Of a stretch of 64,000 nt of DNA, positions 46,090 to 55,639 are shown one piece after another. Made by a program: the position numbers and the translations under genes. Origin of the DNA: Candidatus Latescibacterota bacterium (GTDB lineage Bacteria > Latescibacterota > UBA2968 > UBA8231); NCBI GenBank assembly GCA_965248265.1, contig CBDFJF010000001.1, positions 3,104,001 through 3,168,000 on the forward strand, in the 5' to 3' direction. The stretch's first letter is position 1; each line of letters starts with the position of its first letter. Below the pieces are notes generated by a model. That model did no database searches. It was not told where the DNA came from and worked only from the letters and a program-made list of their open reading frames with translations.

Positions 46090-47550
46090 ATGACTGAGGC
46101 TCGATCATCCATGCCCCAACATTCCGGCACCGGATGGTTTGGCTTGTTCCTGCTTGCCCAGGTTCTGTTGTTGGTCGGTGTCTTGTGGTTGCCCGGTGAG
46201 GCAACGATCTGGATTCTGGGCGCAGTACTGGGGCTTTCCTATCTCGTGCTGCTGGTAATGCACCCGTGGACGATCGTTCCACTGATCGTGGCCACGACCG
46301 CCCTCGACATCACCGGCAGACTGGTCAAGGAAACCCCAATCGGCATTCCACTGACCGGATTTCACGTGACGCTCGGGCTGATGGCCCTGTCCGTGTTCGT
46401 CAATGCATGCTTGCGGAAGCGGAGGGAATTCCCGGCTTTTGAACTCAGGGTGCCGTTGGCCATCCTGTTCGGGGTCATGGCGCTGTCATTGACCTGGACG
46501 CCAAACATCGTCAGCGGCACCGTCGGCGTGATGCGGACCCTCTTCCTGATCGGTTTCCTCTACCTGACGCAAATAGTCATCGATTCAAAGAAAGCCGTGG
46601 ATTCGGTTGTGATCTCCATCGCCCTGGCACTGGTTGGCGGGTCCATCCTCGCCCTGGTGCAGATCGTCACCGAGGAGTTCTATCTGCCAGCCAGCTTCGT
46701 CATCGCGGTTGGGGCCAACGTGCCGCGGGCGGCCGGGACGTTCCACAACCCGAACACCTTCGGAACCTTTCTGATGTGTGGGACCGTCCTCCTGGCCGGC
46801 GTGCTGTTGAGTTGCCGGCTGCCCCGCTGGAAACTGGCGCTGTTGTTGCTCGGAGTGGCGCTGGGGCTGACCGGGCTGACGGTGACCTTCAGTCGTGCCA
46901 ACTGGGTCGCGGCAGCTATCGGCATTGGTGCCATCTTCGTCCTAATCGGGAAGGTTCGCTATGTCGTCTACGCCATCCTGGGTGGCGTCGTTGCAGTCCT
47001 GGCCATGAAGGAGTTCGTGCCCTTCGCCGACCACATCTTCGAGCGCTTCGCCTCCATCTTCACTTTGTTTGAGCAATTCGGTCAAACGGGCAGAGAGTCC
47101 AGTTCCGGCAGGGTGTACTTCGCCCTCGCCGGTCTCGAAATGTTTTTGGACAATCCTCTGTTCGGGGCGGGATGGCGTGCCTTTCCCATGCTCTTCGATC
47201 AGTACAAGGCTCCCGAGTTTCCCTATTGGATTCCGACCAAGGAGTCGCATACCCTGTTCGCGAACATCCTGGCAGAGGTGGGACTGGTCGGTTTCACGGC
47301 TTCCTGCTGGATCGTCGCCAAAACCATGATGGCCGGTTTTCGTGGCTTCCGCACGATCACGGATCGCTACCTGCGTGCCGTGATGTGCGGCCTTCTGGCA
47401 TCCTTCGTCGGCTTTCAGGTCAGCCTGAGCTTCACCGCCGATTTCAGCAACAACTATTTGTGGTTTTTCACCGGGCTGATTTTCGCCATCAACGCCATCC
47501 ATCGTGCCACTGAGATGGACAGCGAGGAACCGCGCGCAGCAACGAGCTAG
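46090..47550 (+). CDS. O-antigen ligase/polymerase (Wzy_C) family protein
   Basis: RAAGTFHNPN, TFSRANW, NPLFGAG and SHTLFANILAEVGLVG motifs. Confidence 0.88.
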   Translation: MTEARSSMPQHSGTGWFGLFLLAQVLLLVGVLWLPGEATIWILGAVLGLSYLVLLVMHPWTIVPLIVATTALDITGRLVKETPIGIPLTGFHVTLGLMALSVFVNACLRKRREFPAFELRVPLAILFGVMALSLTWTPNIVSGTVGVMRTLFLIGFLYLTQIVIDSKKAVDSVVISIALALVGGSILALVQIVTEEFYLPASFVIAVGANVPRAAGTFHNPNTFGTFLMCGTVLLAGVLLSCRLPRWKLALLLLGVALGLTGLTVTFSRANWVAAAIGIGAIFVLIGKVRYVVYAILGGVVAVLAMKEFVPFADHIFERFASIFTLFEQFGQTGRESSSGRVYFALAGLEMFLDNPLFGAGWRAFPMLFDQYKAPEFPYWIPTKESHTLFANILAEVGLVGFTASCWIVAKTMMAGFRGFRTITDRYLRAVMCGLLASFVGFQVSLSFTADFSNNYLWFFTGLIFAINAIHRATEMDSEEPRAATS

Positions 47551-47563
47551 ATCCCTGATCGCC

Positions 47564-48718
47564 TCAGGCCAGGCGTTCGTAGAGTTTGCAGATGCGTTCG
47601 GCGACGCGCCGGTAGTCGTAACGCTCCACCGTGCGGGTGTGGATGCGGTCCCGGTCGTAACGCGAATAGTTCTCGAGCATCGACTCGATCGCCGCTTCCA
47701 GTCCCGCCACGTCTGCCACTTCCACCAGCAGGCCTACTTCCGCGTCAATGGCCTCCTCAGGTCCGCCGCAACGGGTTGAAATAACCGGCAGTCCGGAGGC
47801 CATGGCTTCCAGCATGGCCAGGGGCAGACCCTCCGAGAAACTGGGCAGGAGAAAGACGTCGGCGTCTCGCATGTGGGCAGGGACCTCCGTCCACGGCACC
47901 TCATCGAGGAATTCCACGCAGCCATCCAGACCCAACTCGGCACTCTGGCGGCGGAAGGTCTGCGCATCCCCGGTGAAGGGGTTGCTGCCGATTAGGGTCA
48001 ATCGCCAGTCCGTGCGCCGCCGCCGCAGCCGCGCCAGGGCCTGCAACAGTACGCCGACGCCTTTGGCCTTCTCGAGGCGACCAAGGTACAAGAGGCGCCA
48101 TCCATCTTCTCCGGGACGGCGCTCTTGGCCACCTTGGAACAGGGCACCGTCCACACCGTTGGGGACGACTTCGACCTTGGTAGCCGGGATTCCCAGGTCT
48201 ACGATGCGCCGCCGCAAGTCCTGGCTAACGGCGATGACGAGGGCGGCCCCATCCATGGCTTCGACCACGAGTCGGCGCCAGCTTGCCTTATTCTGGGCAA
48301 GGTCCTTGATGTCGTGGCCGTGAACGGTAATGACCACCGGGCGGTTGATGCGCCGGCCGTATTCGACGGCGGCGCGGCCATCAGGGTACGCGCAATGAGC
48401 GTGGATGACATCCGGCACGATTGTGGTCGTTCGCAGCAGTGCTGCGAGGTAGGAGCGCCAGGCACGCCCGAGCAGGATGCGGCGAGGCAGGGTCACGTAG
48501 CGCGGCCGCAGTACCTCGACTCCATCGCGTAGTTCCTGGGCAGGCACATCGCCGTAAGCGCTCCAACGGCCCCATCCCGGCAGGGGGAACCACGGAGTCG
48601 GGGCCACGACCCGAAGATCGCAGTGGGCTTGCAGGAAGCGCACCTGGTTGTGCACGAAGCTGCCGTAGATCTGCGACAGCGGTCCCGGGTATAGATGGGA
48701 GGCAACCAGAACGTTCAC
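47564..48718 (-). CDS. GT4 family glycosyltransferase (TuaC-like)
   Basis: GSFVHNQ, IHAH..YPDG, ITVHGHD, VPNGVD and PSFSEGLPLAMLEAMASGLPVI motifs. Confidence 0.9.
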   Translation of the reverse strand: MNVLVASHLYPGPLSQIYGSFVHNQVRFLQAHCDLRVVAPTPWFPLPGWGRWSAYGDVPAQELRDGVEVLRPRYVTLPRRILLGRAWRSYLAALLRTTTIVPDVIHAHCAYPDGRAAVEYGRRINRPVVITVHGHDIKDLAQNKASWRRLVVEAMDGAALVIAVSQDLRRRIVDLGIPATKVEVVPNGVDGALFQGGQERRPGEDGWRLLYLGRLEKAKGVGVLLQALARLRRRRTDWRLTLIGSNPFTGDAQTFRRQSAELGLDGCVEFLDEVPWTEVPAHMRDADVFLLPSFSEGLPLAMLEAMASGLPVISTRCGGPEEAIDAEVGLLVEVADVAGLEAAIESMLENYSRYDRDRIHTRTVERYDYRRVAERICKLYERLA

Positions 48719-48728
48719 GGTCAAGCCT

Positions 48729-49889
48729 TCATAGGGCGGCGTCCAAAGCCTGCACGATGGCCGCGGTGGCCTGCTGCGGATCGCATCCGTTCCGGCGCCA
48801 TGCCTCGACACCGGGATAGTAGCGCTCGAGGTTGGCGACAACCCGGGCGATGGCCCGGGCAAGGCTCTTGGGGTCGTTGGGGGGCACCAGTTCGCCGTTG
48901 ACACCAGGACGCACCATTTCGGGCAGACCGCCCACGTCCGTGGTCACTAGGGGCAGACCCGCCGCCGCGGCCATGGCCGCAACACCACTCTGGGCTGACC
49001 ACCTATATGGAGTTACTACCAGGCTGGCGGCCTGCAGGAAACCTCTCAGATGGTCGTAGGAATAGCGCTGCCAGTGACACCAGCAGCGCGGGGCGAGTCC
49101 AAGGTCGGCCAGATGGGCTTCGATGCGTGCGGGTTGATCACCGGCCGTCGTCGGAGATACCAGCAACAGGCGCCATTCAGGCAGGGAATCCTGTAGCGCG
49201 GGCAAGGCTGCCAGCAAATCATCCAAGCCTTGCTCCGGCCGCATGTTCGACAGAAAAGCAATCACCGGCGCGCCATCGGCCCAAGCCGTCAGACGTCCGA
49301 CCAGATCTTCGTCTACCTGGTACCGATCGAGCAGGGGCTGGAAGTGAGGATGGTTAAATCGTCGCAAGCGATCTGAAGGCACGTTGTACAGCTGGCGCAT
49401 CAGATCCTGCGTGTACTCGTTCATGGTGAGGATGCCGGCCGCCTTGCGATAGAAGCCCCGGTATCGTCTTGCGTTCGAGCGTTGCTGGTCAGTGGCAATG
49501 CTCTGGTACGGTTTGTGGACGAGGACGACGGGGGCAATGCCGCGACGCTTCAACAGGCCTAATCCCCAGGTGTCGATCCGCGACAGCATCAGGTTGCTTG
49601 ATATGATCGCCGAGCGTACGCCCGCCTGCCGGGCGTGACGAGCCGCCGCCAACCAGTCGAAGGGATAGGAAGTGCACAGACGCAGGCTGGCGGACAGATC
49701 GTCCTTCAGTCTGGTCGGTACGACGGGTACGCGGTTAAAGGGTTGCCACTCAATCCCGGAGGGAGGAAGAAAAGCCCGACGGGCATTGGCACGGATGACG
49801 ACCTCGTGCCCCCCCTCCTGCAGGACGATGGCCATCAAATTGAGGAACTGCGGGTTGGTGTTGAGCGGGTCTATCCACAGTATTTTCAT
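48729..49889 (-). CDS. GT4 family glycosyltransferase
   Basis: VTPYRWSAQSGVAAMA..GLPLVTTDVGGLPEMV..NGELVPPND motif. Confidence 0.85.
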   Translation of the reverse strand: MKILWIDPLNTNPQFLNLMAIVLQEGGHEVVIRANARRAFLPPSGIEWQPFNRVPVVPTRLKDDLSASLRLCTSYPFDWLAAARHARQAGVRSAIISSNLMLSRIDTWGLGLLKRRGIAPVVLVHKPYQSIATDQQRSNARRYRGFYRKAAGILTMNEYTQDLMRQLYNVPSDRLRRFNHPHFQPLLDRYQVDEDLVGRLTAWADGAPVIAFLSNMRPEQGLDDLLAALPALQDSLPEWRLLLVSPTTAGDQPARIEAHLADLGLAPRCWCHWQRYSYDHLRGFLQAASLVVTPYRWSAQSGVAAMAAAAGLPLVTTDVGGLPEMVRPGVNGELVPPNDPKSLARAIARVVANLERYYPGVEAWRRNGCDPQQATAAIVQALDAAL

Positions 49890-50153
49890 AAATTACCCAG
49901 ACCGGCAGCCGAGAACCGGTGCTGGTGGACGAGAGTCTGGAGTGAGGCCAAAAAATAACCACATGGCACACAGCGGGAAAGCGTTAGCAGCTCAGCCAGG
50001 GACACCACCACTGCGCGTCTTTCGCTGACCCTTATGTTTAGGGGTGGTGTGTATGGGCATGTGAATGCGGTGCGGTCATTTAATCAGGAAGAAAGAGTCA
50101 TAGTACGTTGAGTCTGAGACACGATATCGAACGACGGAGCGCGAGCTGACCCG

Positions 50154-51308
50154 ATGACGACGGTTTTCTGGGTTTGCGCTGGGCTTCTCGTCTACACCTA
50201 TTTTTTGTATCCCGTGTTGTTGTGGCTGTTCACGGTGGGCAGGAAGGTCTCGAGGCCTGACGCACCGGTCGAGTGGCCAACCGTCTCCGTCATCATCGCC
50301 GCTTACAATGAAGCGCCCGTCATCCGCGACAAATTGGAAAATGCGCTGTCGATGGACTATCCGGAGGAACGGTTACAGATCGTCGTTGTCTCCGACGGCT
50401 CCGACGACGGCACGGATGAAATCGTGAAGGAGTTCGCCGAACGTGGCGTTGTCCTTGAGCGCATGGCAAACAGGTCCGGCAAAACGGCTGCCCAGAACGC
50501 CGGGGTCAACAGGGCCGACGGAGACATTCTCGTGTTCTCGGACGCCAACAGCATGTATGACTCATCGGCGCTCAAGGAGCTGACGCGTGCACTCGCGGAT
50601 GCCTCCGCTGGATGTGCCTGCGGAGAGCTCACCTATCTCAACCCGGAAGATCGCTCCGCGGGGAGGGGTGAAGGCTTGTACTGGCGTTACGAGCAGTTTC
50701 TCAAACGACGGGAGAGTGCCCTCGGTTCACTGGTAGGCGCGAACGGCGCGATCTATGCAATGCGCAAGGAACTATTCGAGGATTTGAAGCCAGACATGAT
50801 CAGCGATCTGGTAATGCCGTTGCGTGTCTGGCGTGGCGGCGCGCGCGTTGTCTATGTGCCCGAGGCTCTGGCTTATGAGAACACGACGCACAGCTTTGCC
50901 GAGGAGTTCCGCCGTCGCAAGCGGATAATCGCCCGCAGCCTGAACGGTCTGGTGTCGCAGATCGGCGTTTTGAATCCGTTCAAAGGGATGTTCGCTTTCC
51001 AAGTGTTGTCACACAAAGTGATTCGCTGGGCCGTGCCCTTTATTCTGATCACGGCCTTCGTTTCCAGCGGTCTGAGCATGACAGATCCTTTCTACGCGAC
51101 CATGTTCTGGATCCAGGTCGGCTTCTATGCCCTGGCCCTGTTGGGCGCTGTCGTACCGGATCGAATCGCCCGCCTGGGGTTTCTCTACGTGGCGACCTAC
51201 TTCTGTGCCGTCAATCTGGGAGCTTTTTTCGGGGTGCTGAGTTTCATCGCAGGCAGCCGCTACGCTGTTTGGCAACCGACCCGGCGTTCAGACGCTGAGG
51301 AAGAGTAA
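50154..51308 (+). CDS. GT2 family glycosyltransferase (membrane-anchored)
   Basis: IIAAYNE, SDGSDDGT, GKTAAQN, FSDAN, YWRYE, GANGAIYA and RRKRI motifs. Confidence 0.9.
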   Translation: MTTVFWVCAGLLVYTYFLYPVLLWLFTVGRKVSRPDAPVEWPTVSVIIAAYNEAPVIRDKLENALSMDYPEERLQIVVVSDGSDDGTDEIVKEFAERGVVLERMANRSGKTAAQNAGVNRADGDILVFSDANSMYDSSALKELTRALADASAGCACGELTYLNPEDRSAGRGEGLYWRYEQFLKRRESALGSLVGANGAIYAMRKELFEDLKPDMISDLVMPLRVWRGGARVVYVPEALAYENTTHSFAEEFRRRKRIIARSLNGLVSQIGVLNPFKGMFAFQVLSHKVIRWAVPFILITAFVSSGLSMTDPFYATMFWIQVGFYALALLGAVVPDRIARLGFLYVATYFCAVNLGAFFGVLSFIAGSRYAVWQPTRRSDAEEE

Positions 51309-51314
51309 GGCAGC

Positions 51315-52769
51315 ATGTCGCGGATCCAGGAAAAGCTCCTGCTCGCGCTCGTCGACTTCATCGCCATCAACCTGGGGACGATGTTGCTGCTGTGGACGAA
51401 ACACGTTGGCGGCATCCTTCGCAGCGCCGAACAGGCATGGCAACAGACGCATGGCACAGACGCCTCTCCCTCCTTCTTCTTCGTAGTCGAGTTCTACAGC
51501 TTGGCCGTCGGCCTCATTTATTTGTTGTGGCTCATCCTGTTCGTCTCCTTCGGGCTTTACAGAACGCCTCGCATCGCATCCCGCTTTGATGAAGTGATCG
51601 CCGTGCTCAAGGTGATCTCCGTGGGCACTGTACTGTTCATGATTGCCACCCTGGACAGCAGCGGTCTTTCGTTCACGCGAGCGCTGATGGGGATGTACTG
51701 GCTGCTGTTGTTTGGCCTCGTAGCCGGTGGTCGCTTCGCCCTGACCAGCGTCCAGAAATACCTCATCGTCAGCGGAATTGGCCGCCGCCGGGCCGTCATC
51801 GTGGGAAGCGAAGTGCGAGGTGTTCGGTTGTTGCATTCGCTGCGTGAAGCGCCAGCGGAGGGGTATGACATCGTCGGCTTCGTCGGGGCCAAGGAGGAGC
51901 ACCCAGGTGGAGAGGTCGAGGGCACTCCGGTGTTGGGTGAGGAGCGCGATCTGCATGGAATTCTGACCAAGCATGAAATCGACAGTGTCTTGATCGCACT
52001 GCAGTCCAACTCACACGAAGAGGTCCTTGAGATCGTGGAAACGGGACGAGGCCTTGCGGTCAGTTTCAGCATCACGCCCGATTTGTACGACATCGTCATG
52101 GGACACGTGCGTACCAGTCAGATTCACGGCGTGCCGTTGATGGAGCTCAAGCCGCATTTGATGGCGCCGTGGGAGATGACGCTCAAGCGCGCCATCGATT
52201 TCACGGTGGCGTCGGCCGTGCTGATCGGATTGCTGCCGCTGTGGCTGCTGATTGCCATTCTGATCAAACTCGACTCCAGGGGACCCGTGCTCTTCCATCA
52301 GGAACGTGTGGGAGAGAAAGGCCGGGTCTTTACCATGTATAAATTTCGTTCGATGGTAGAGGCCGCAGAGTCAAGCACAGGACCGGTCTGGGTTAGTGAC
52401 GACGATCCCCGTATAACACGAATGGGACGTCTGCTGCGGATGCTGCATCTGGATGAGATACCACAATGCCTCAATTTCGTGAATGGCGATATGAGCCTGG
52501 TCGGCCCGCGGCCGGAACGGCCCTATTTTGTCGAGCGGTTTTCCAGAGAGATTCCGTTGTATGACCGTCGCTTTAATGTGAAACCGGGTCTTCTCGGGTG
52601 GGCACAGTCGAAGCACGAGTTCGATCTAAAGTCGAAGGAGTTTGCTCGCATCGCCGAGGAACGGCTGGAATACGACCTCTACTACATCGAGAACATGTCT
52701 CTGGCACTCGATTTCAAGATCATGTTGAGAACGATCTGGTTCGTGCTGGCGGGCAAGAGCACCCGCTAA
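51315..52769 (+). CDS. Undecaprenyl-phosphate glycosyl-1-phosphate transferase (WcaJ/WbaP family)
   Basis: KRAIDF, YKFRSM, DDPRITRMG, LDEIPQ, GDMSLVGPRPE, VKPGLLGWAQ and DLYYIEN motifs. Confidence 0.94.
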   Translation: MSRIQEKLLLALVDFIAINLGTMLLLWTKHVGGILRSAEQAWQQTHGTDASPSFFFVVEFYSLAVGLIYLLWLILFVSFGLYRTPRIASRFDEVIAVLKVISVGTVLFMIATLDSSGLSFTRALMGMYWLLLFGLVAGGRFALTSVQKYLIVSGIGRRRAVIVGSEVRGVRLLHSLREAPAEGYDIVGFVGAKEEHPGGEVEGTPVLGEERDLHGILTKHEIDSVLIALQSNSHEEVLEIVETGRGLAVSFSITPDLYDIVMGHVRTSQIHGVPLMELKPHLMAPWEMTLKRAIDFTVASAVLIGLLPLWLLIAILIKLDSRGPVLFHQERVGEKGRVFTMYKFRSMVEAAESSTGPVWVSDDDPRITRMGRLLRMLHLDEIPQCLNFVNGDMSLVGPRPERPYFVERFSREIPLYDRRFNVKPGLLGWAQSKHEFDLKSKEFARIAEERLEYDLYYIENMSLALDFKIMLRTIWFVLAGKSTR

Positions 52770-52771
52770 AG

Positions 52772-52811
52772 GTGTTCGCACTGAACATCCAGTGTTCGCA
52801 CTGAACACCCA
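52772..52811. repeat. 20-bp tandem duplication, each unit a small hairpin, between convergent genes
   Basis: gtgttcgcactgaacatcca / gtgttcgcactgaacaccca, with a tgttc..gaaca stem in each unit. Confidence 0.85.
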
Positions 52812-52840
52812 GCTTCGCGGTGAGAGTTTCCCCGATTCGG

Positions 52841-54217
52841 TCAGCTCACTCGGACGACGCTGCCCTGTTCGCATTCAAGCCTGTGCCTGATGTCCTCATC
52901 GGTGAGATCGTTGGACGGCCAGCGTGGGGGAGGGACGTCGGCAAGGCGCAGCAGCAATCGGGCCAACTGCCCGGCATACTCCTTGAGCTCCCGAACGTTG
53001 ATCTTGTCGACCGTGTCCGCAGGCTCATGGTGGAAATCGGAGTCAGCGTGGCGGCCGCGAAAGCGCCAGCGCCAGAGATGGGCGGCATCGATTCCAGCCC
53101 TGATAAAGGGAAAATGGTCTGAAGTGCCGTCGAGCTGGGCCATCACGTGGCAAGTCAGACTTTCCCCCATATCGTCGAACTGCTCCTGCACCAAAGGTCG
53201 CAAATGTGGAAAGGCCAACACCAGGCCTTTGATATGGCCCGTCGACAGCTCGTCGAGGTTGATGACCAGACGCGGACGTTGTGCCGACGCCTCAGCGTAG
53301 TTTGAGGCGACGAAGGCGGTAGAGCCCTGCAGGCTCTGCTCCTCGGCGCTGAAGGTGACAAAGCGGATCGAACGTCCGGGTGCCTGACCGGTAGTGTCAC
53401 ATAGCTCGGCAAGCAGGCGCGCGGTTTCCAGGACGACGCAGACTCCAGAGGCATTGTCGTTGCCTCCCGGGGTGTCGTACACCGTGTCGTGATGGGCGCC
53501 GATGACCAAATGCTCCTGCGGCCACAGGTCCCCGGCAAGTTGTGCGCAGACGTTGGCTGTCGGTGCCTGGCTGGATTCGGTTTCCACCTTGATTTCAAGC
53601 AAGTCTCCGATGCGCCTTCGCAACAGCGCACCCTGCTCCCTCGAGATCGTCGCCGTTGGCAGCGGCGGGTCGCGAAATCCGTCCTCACGCATGTCATGTG
53701 CCCACCGAAGCTCCGCTCGCCCGCCCGTCTTGGAGTCAATCATGAGGACGGCGGCAGCGCCGCGTGCGGCCAGATCCCGCAGCCGGTAGGGCATGGGTAT
53801 GGGGTCGGTGAAGGGCTGATACGCCAGCTCCATGAAGGCGACGGCGCCTTGCAGACCTCGATCGCAGGCGCTTTCCACCTCATACGGAGTGCCGAAACCG
53901 ACATCGACTACGGGGGCGCGGACACTGAATGTGGGACAGCCGATGACGGGTACCAGCTCGATCGGCATCGCCTCGGGCAACAAGCGGGCCTCCGCTTCGC
54001 TGTGAGCCCAGGTGTGCAGAGCGAACTCCTGCAACTCCGGTGTCAGGCCGCATGTGGACAGCTGTGCGCATATGTAATCGGCGCACTGCCGCTCCGCCGC
54101 CGAAGACGCCCAGCGTGGTCCGATCAGGTCGCACAGTTGGGTCGCGTGCCGCTGGATGGTGGAACCGGTCCAGGCTTCTCCCATCAGCCAGCGGTCGGCA
54201 TGGCGCCAATCCCTCAT
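52841..54217 (-). CDS. M28 family aminopeptidase with PA domain
   Basis: IGPRW, IGAHHDT, GGNDNASG, FSAEEQ, INLDE, SDHFPF and HHEPADT motifs. Confidence 0.88.
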   Translation of the reverse strand: MRDWRHADRWLMGEAWTGSTIQRHATQLCDLIGPRWASSAAERQCADYICAQLSTCGLTPELQEFALHTWAHSEAEARLLPEAMPIELVPVIGCPTFSVRAPVVDVGFGTPYEVESACDRGLQGAVAFMELAYQPFTDPIPMPYRLRDLAARGAAAVLMIDSKTGGRAELRWAHDMREDGFRDPPLPTATISREQGALLRRRIGDLLEIKVETESSQAPTANVCAQLAGDLWPQEHLVIGAHHDTVYDTPGGNDNASGVCVVLETARLLAELCDTTGQAPGRSIRFVTFSAEEQSLQGSTAFVASNYAEASAQRPRLVINLDELSTGHIKGLVLAFPHLRPLVQEQFDDMGESLTCHVMAQLDGTSDHFPFIRAGIDAAHLWRWRFRGRHADSDFHHEPADTVDKINVRELKEYAGQLARLLLRLADVPPPRWPSNDLTDEDIRHRLECEQGSVVRVS

Positions 54218-54253
54218 AAATTCAGACCTCGCATTCGTACAAGGGTGTATTAC

Positions 54254-55063
54254 CTATAACACGTAGCCGGCCAAGATACCGAGGCCGAGCAGGATACGGT
54301 AAAAGGCGAAAACGTGGGTCCCGTGTCGCTCGAGAAACCTCAGCAGCAGGCCGATGGACAGGTAACCGCTGACCGCCGCCACAAGGATACCGACCGCGAG
54401 GGCGAGGATTTCCTGATCGCTGACGTCGGACTGAATGAGTTCGACGAGTTTGAACAGTCCGCTGGCCCCGATGGCTGGCAGGCCTAGTATGAATGAGAAG
54501 CGGGCGGCGTCGGCGCGCCGCAAGCCGAGAAACAACCCACCCATTATCGTCGACCCGGAACGCGAAGCACCAGGAATGAGAGCCAGCGCCTGGCACAAGC
54601 CAATGATCTGGATAGGCCAGAAGCCCAGCTGGTCCAGGCTTTTGACTTGCTTGCCCACCCGTTCGGCCAGCAGCAGTGCGAGAGCCAGCGCGATGAGGGC
54701 GGCCGCCACCACTTCAAGACTGCGAACATCGTTGTCGATCTGGTCCTTGAAAAGCAACCCCAGAATGCCGATCGGGAGTGTTCCCGGAATGATCGACCAG
54801 GCCATGACCGAATCGCTGGAGTGGCGCAGGTTTCGATGGCGCAGACTGTCGATGGCGGCGACGAAGAGCCGGCGCATGTCGGCGGCGAAGTAGACGAATA
54901 CGGCTACCAGGGTACCGAGTTGAATCGCCGCTGAGAATCCGGACCCCGGATCGGGCCACTCCAACGCGGTGGGCACGATGAGCAGATGAGCGGTGCTGCT
55001 GATCGGCAGGAATTCAGTGAGTCCCTGGACGAGTCCAAGGACGATGGCCTGGAACAGGCTCAA
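54254..55063 (-). CDS. uppP: Undecaprenyl-diphosphate phosphatase
   Basis: GLVQGLTEFLPISSTAH, IQLGT, PGASRSGSTI, AARFSF and FAFYRI motifs. Confidence 0.95.
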   Translation of the reverse strand: MSLFQAIVLGLVQGLTEFLPISSTAHLLIVPTALEWPDPGSGFSAAIQLGTLVAVFVYFAADMRRLFVAAIDSLRHRNLRHSSDSVMAWSIIPGTLPIGILGLLFKDQIDNDVRSLEVVAAALIALALALLLAERVGKQVKSLDQLGFWPIQIIGLCQALALIPGASRSGSTIMGGLFLGLRRADAARFSFILGLPAIGASGLFKLVELIQSDVSDQEILALAVGILVAAVSGYLSIGLLLRFLERHGTHVFAFYRILLGLGILAGYVL

Positions 55064-55157
55064 ACGCTACCTCGATTCAGAGAAAGAGCAGATAGTACGC
55101 CCGCCGATTCTCTCTGACAAATGCTCGCGGTGAAGATACTCGGCCTGGGTACGCGAG

Positions 55158-55385
55158 TTACCCAATGGGCTTGCCGGTCGCCTGCTGTTCCAGGGCTGAA
55201 ACAGGGGGCAGTCCGAGGTAGTATACACCCCGGACCTCACACACGACGCACACATGCTTCACGGCTGCTTCGTGCGGTTCCACCTCTCTCTCGCGATCCC
55301 CGTCACTGATCCAACCGCGTACGTATTCCGGCGTTGAAACGCTCTGGCAGATGTCGCATCGGTACCTATTGTTCGTCAGTTTCAT
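55158..55385 (-). CDS. 75-aa putative zinc-ribbon protein
   Basis: GGAGG RBS 6 nt before the ATG; CDIC...CVVC. Confidence 0.55.
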   Translation of the reverse strand: MKLTNNRYRCDICQSVSTPEYVRGWISDGDREREVEPHEAAVKHVCVVCEVRGVYYLGLPPVSALEQQATGKPIG

Positions 55386-55639
55386 ACGGGCCCTCCGGGC
55401 GTGGCGCGCAGGTACCCCTTGATCAGCGGAGATGGCATATGGGAAGAGTATGCGTTGGGGGTGTGAGAGTGGCAGTCGCAAAAGGTGTACCGGTCCGAAG
55501 ATGATGCCGGGGCCAGCCGATCTCAGAGAGGCTGAAGGACCTGAGCCATCCGAGGGCAGATAATGGGATGGATCCCGTGTGGCGATCTGGATACAGCCGT
55601 GTGTGCCCGAGGTTACGGTGTAGAGATATCAGACGTGTT

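Noticed and set aside
52772-52811. Palindromic repeat as a mini-CRISPR or REP element
   Set aside because: Only two adjacent 20-bp units, no spacer, and no other copy noticed in the window.
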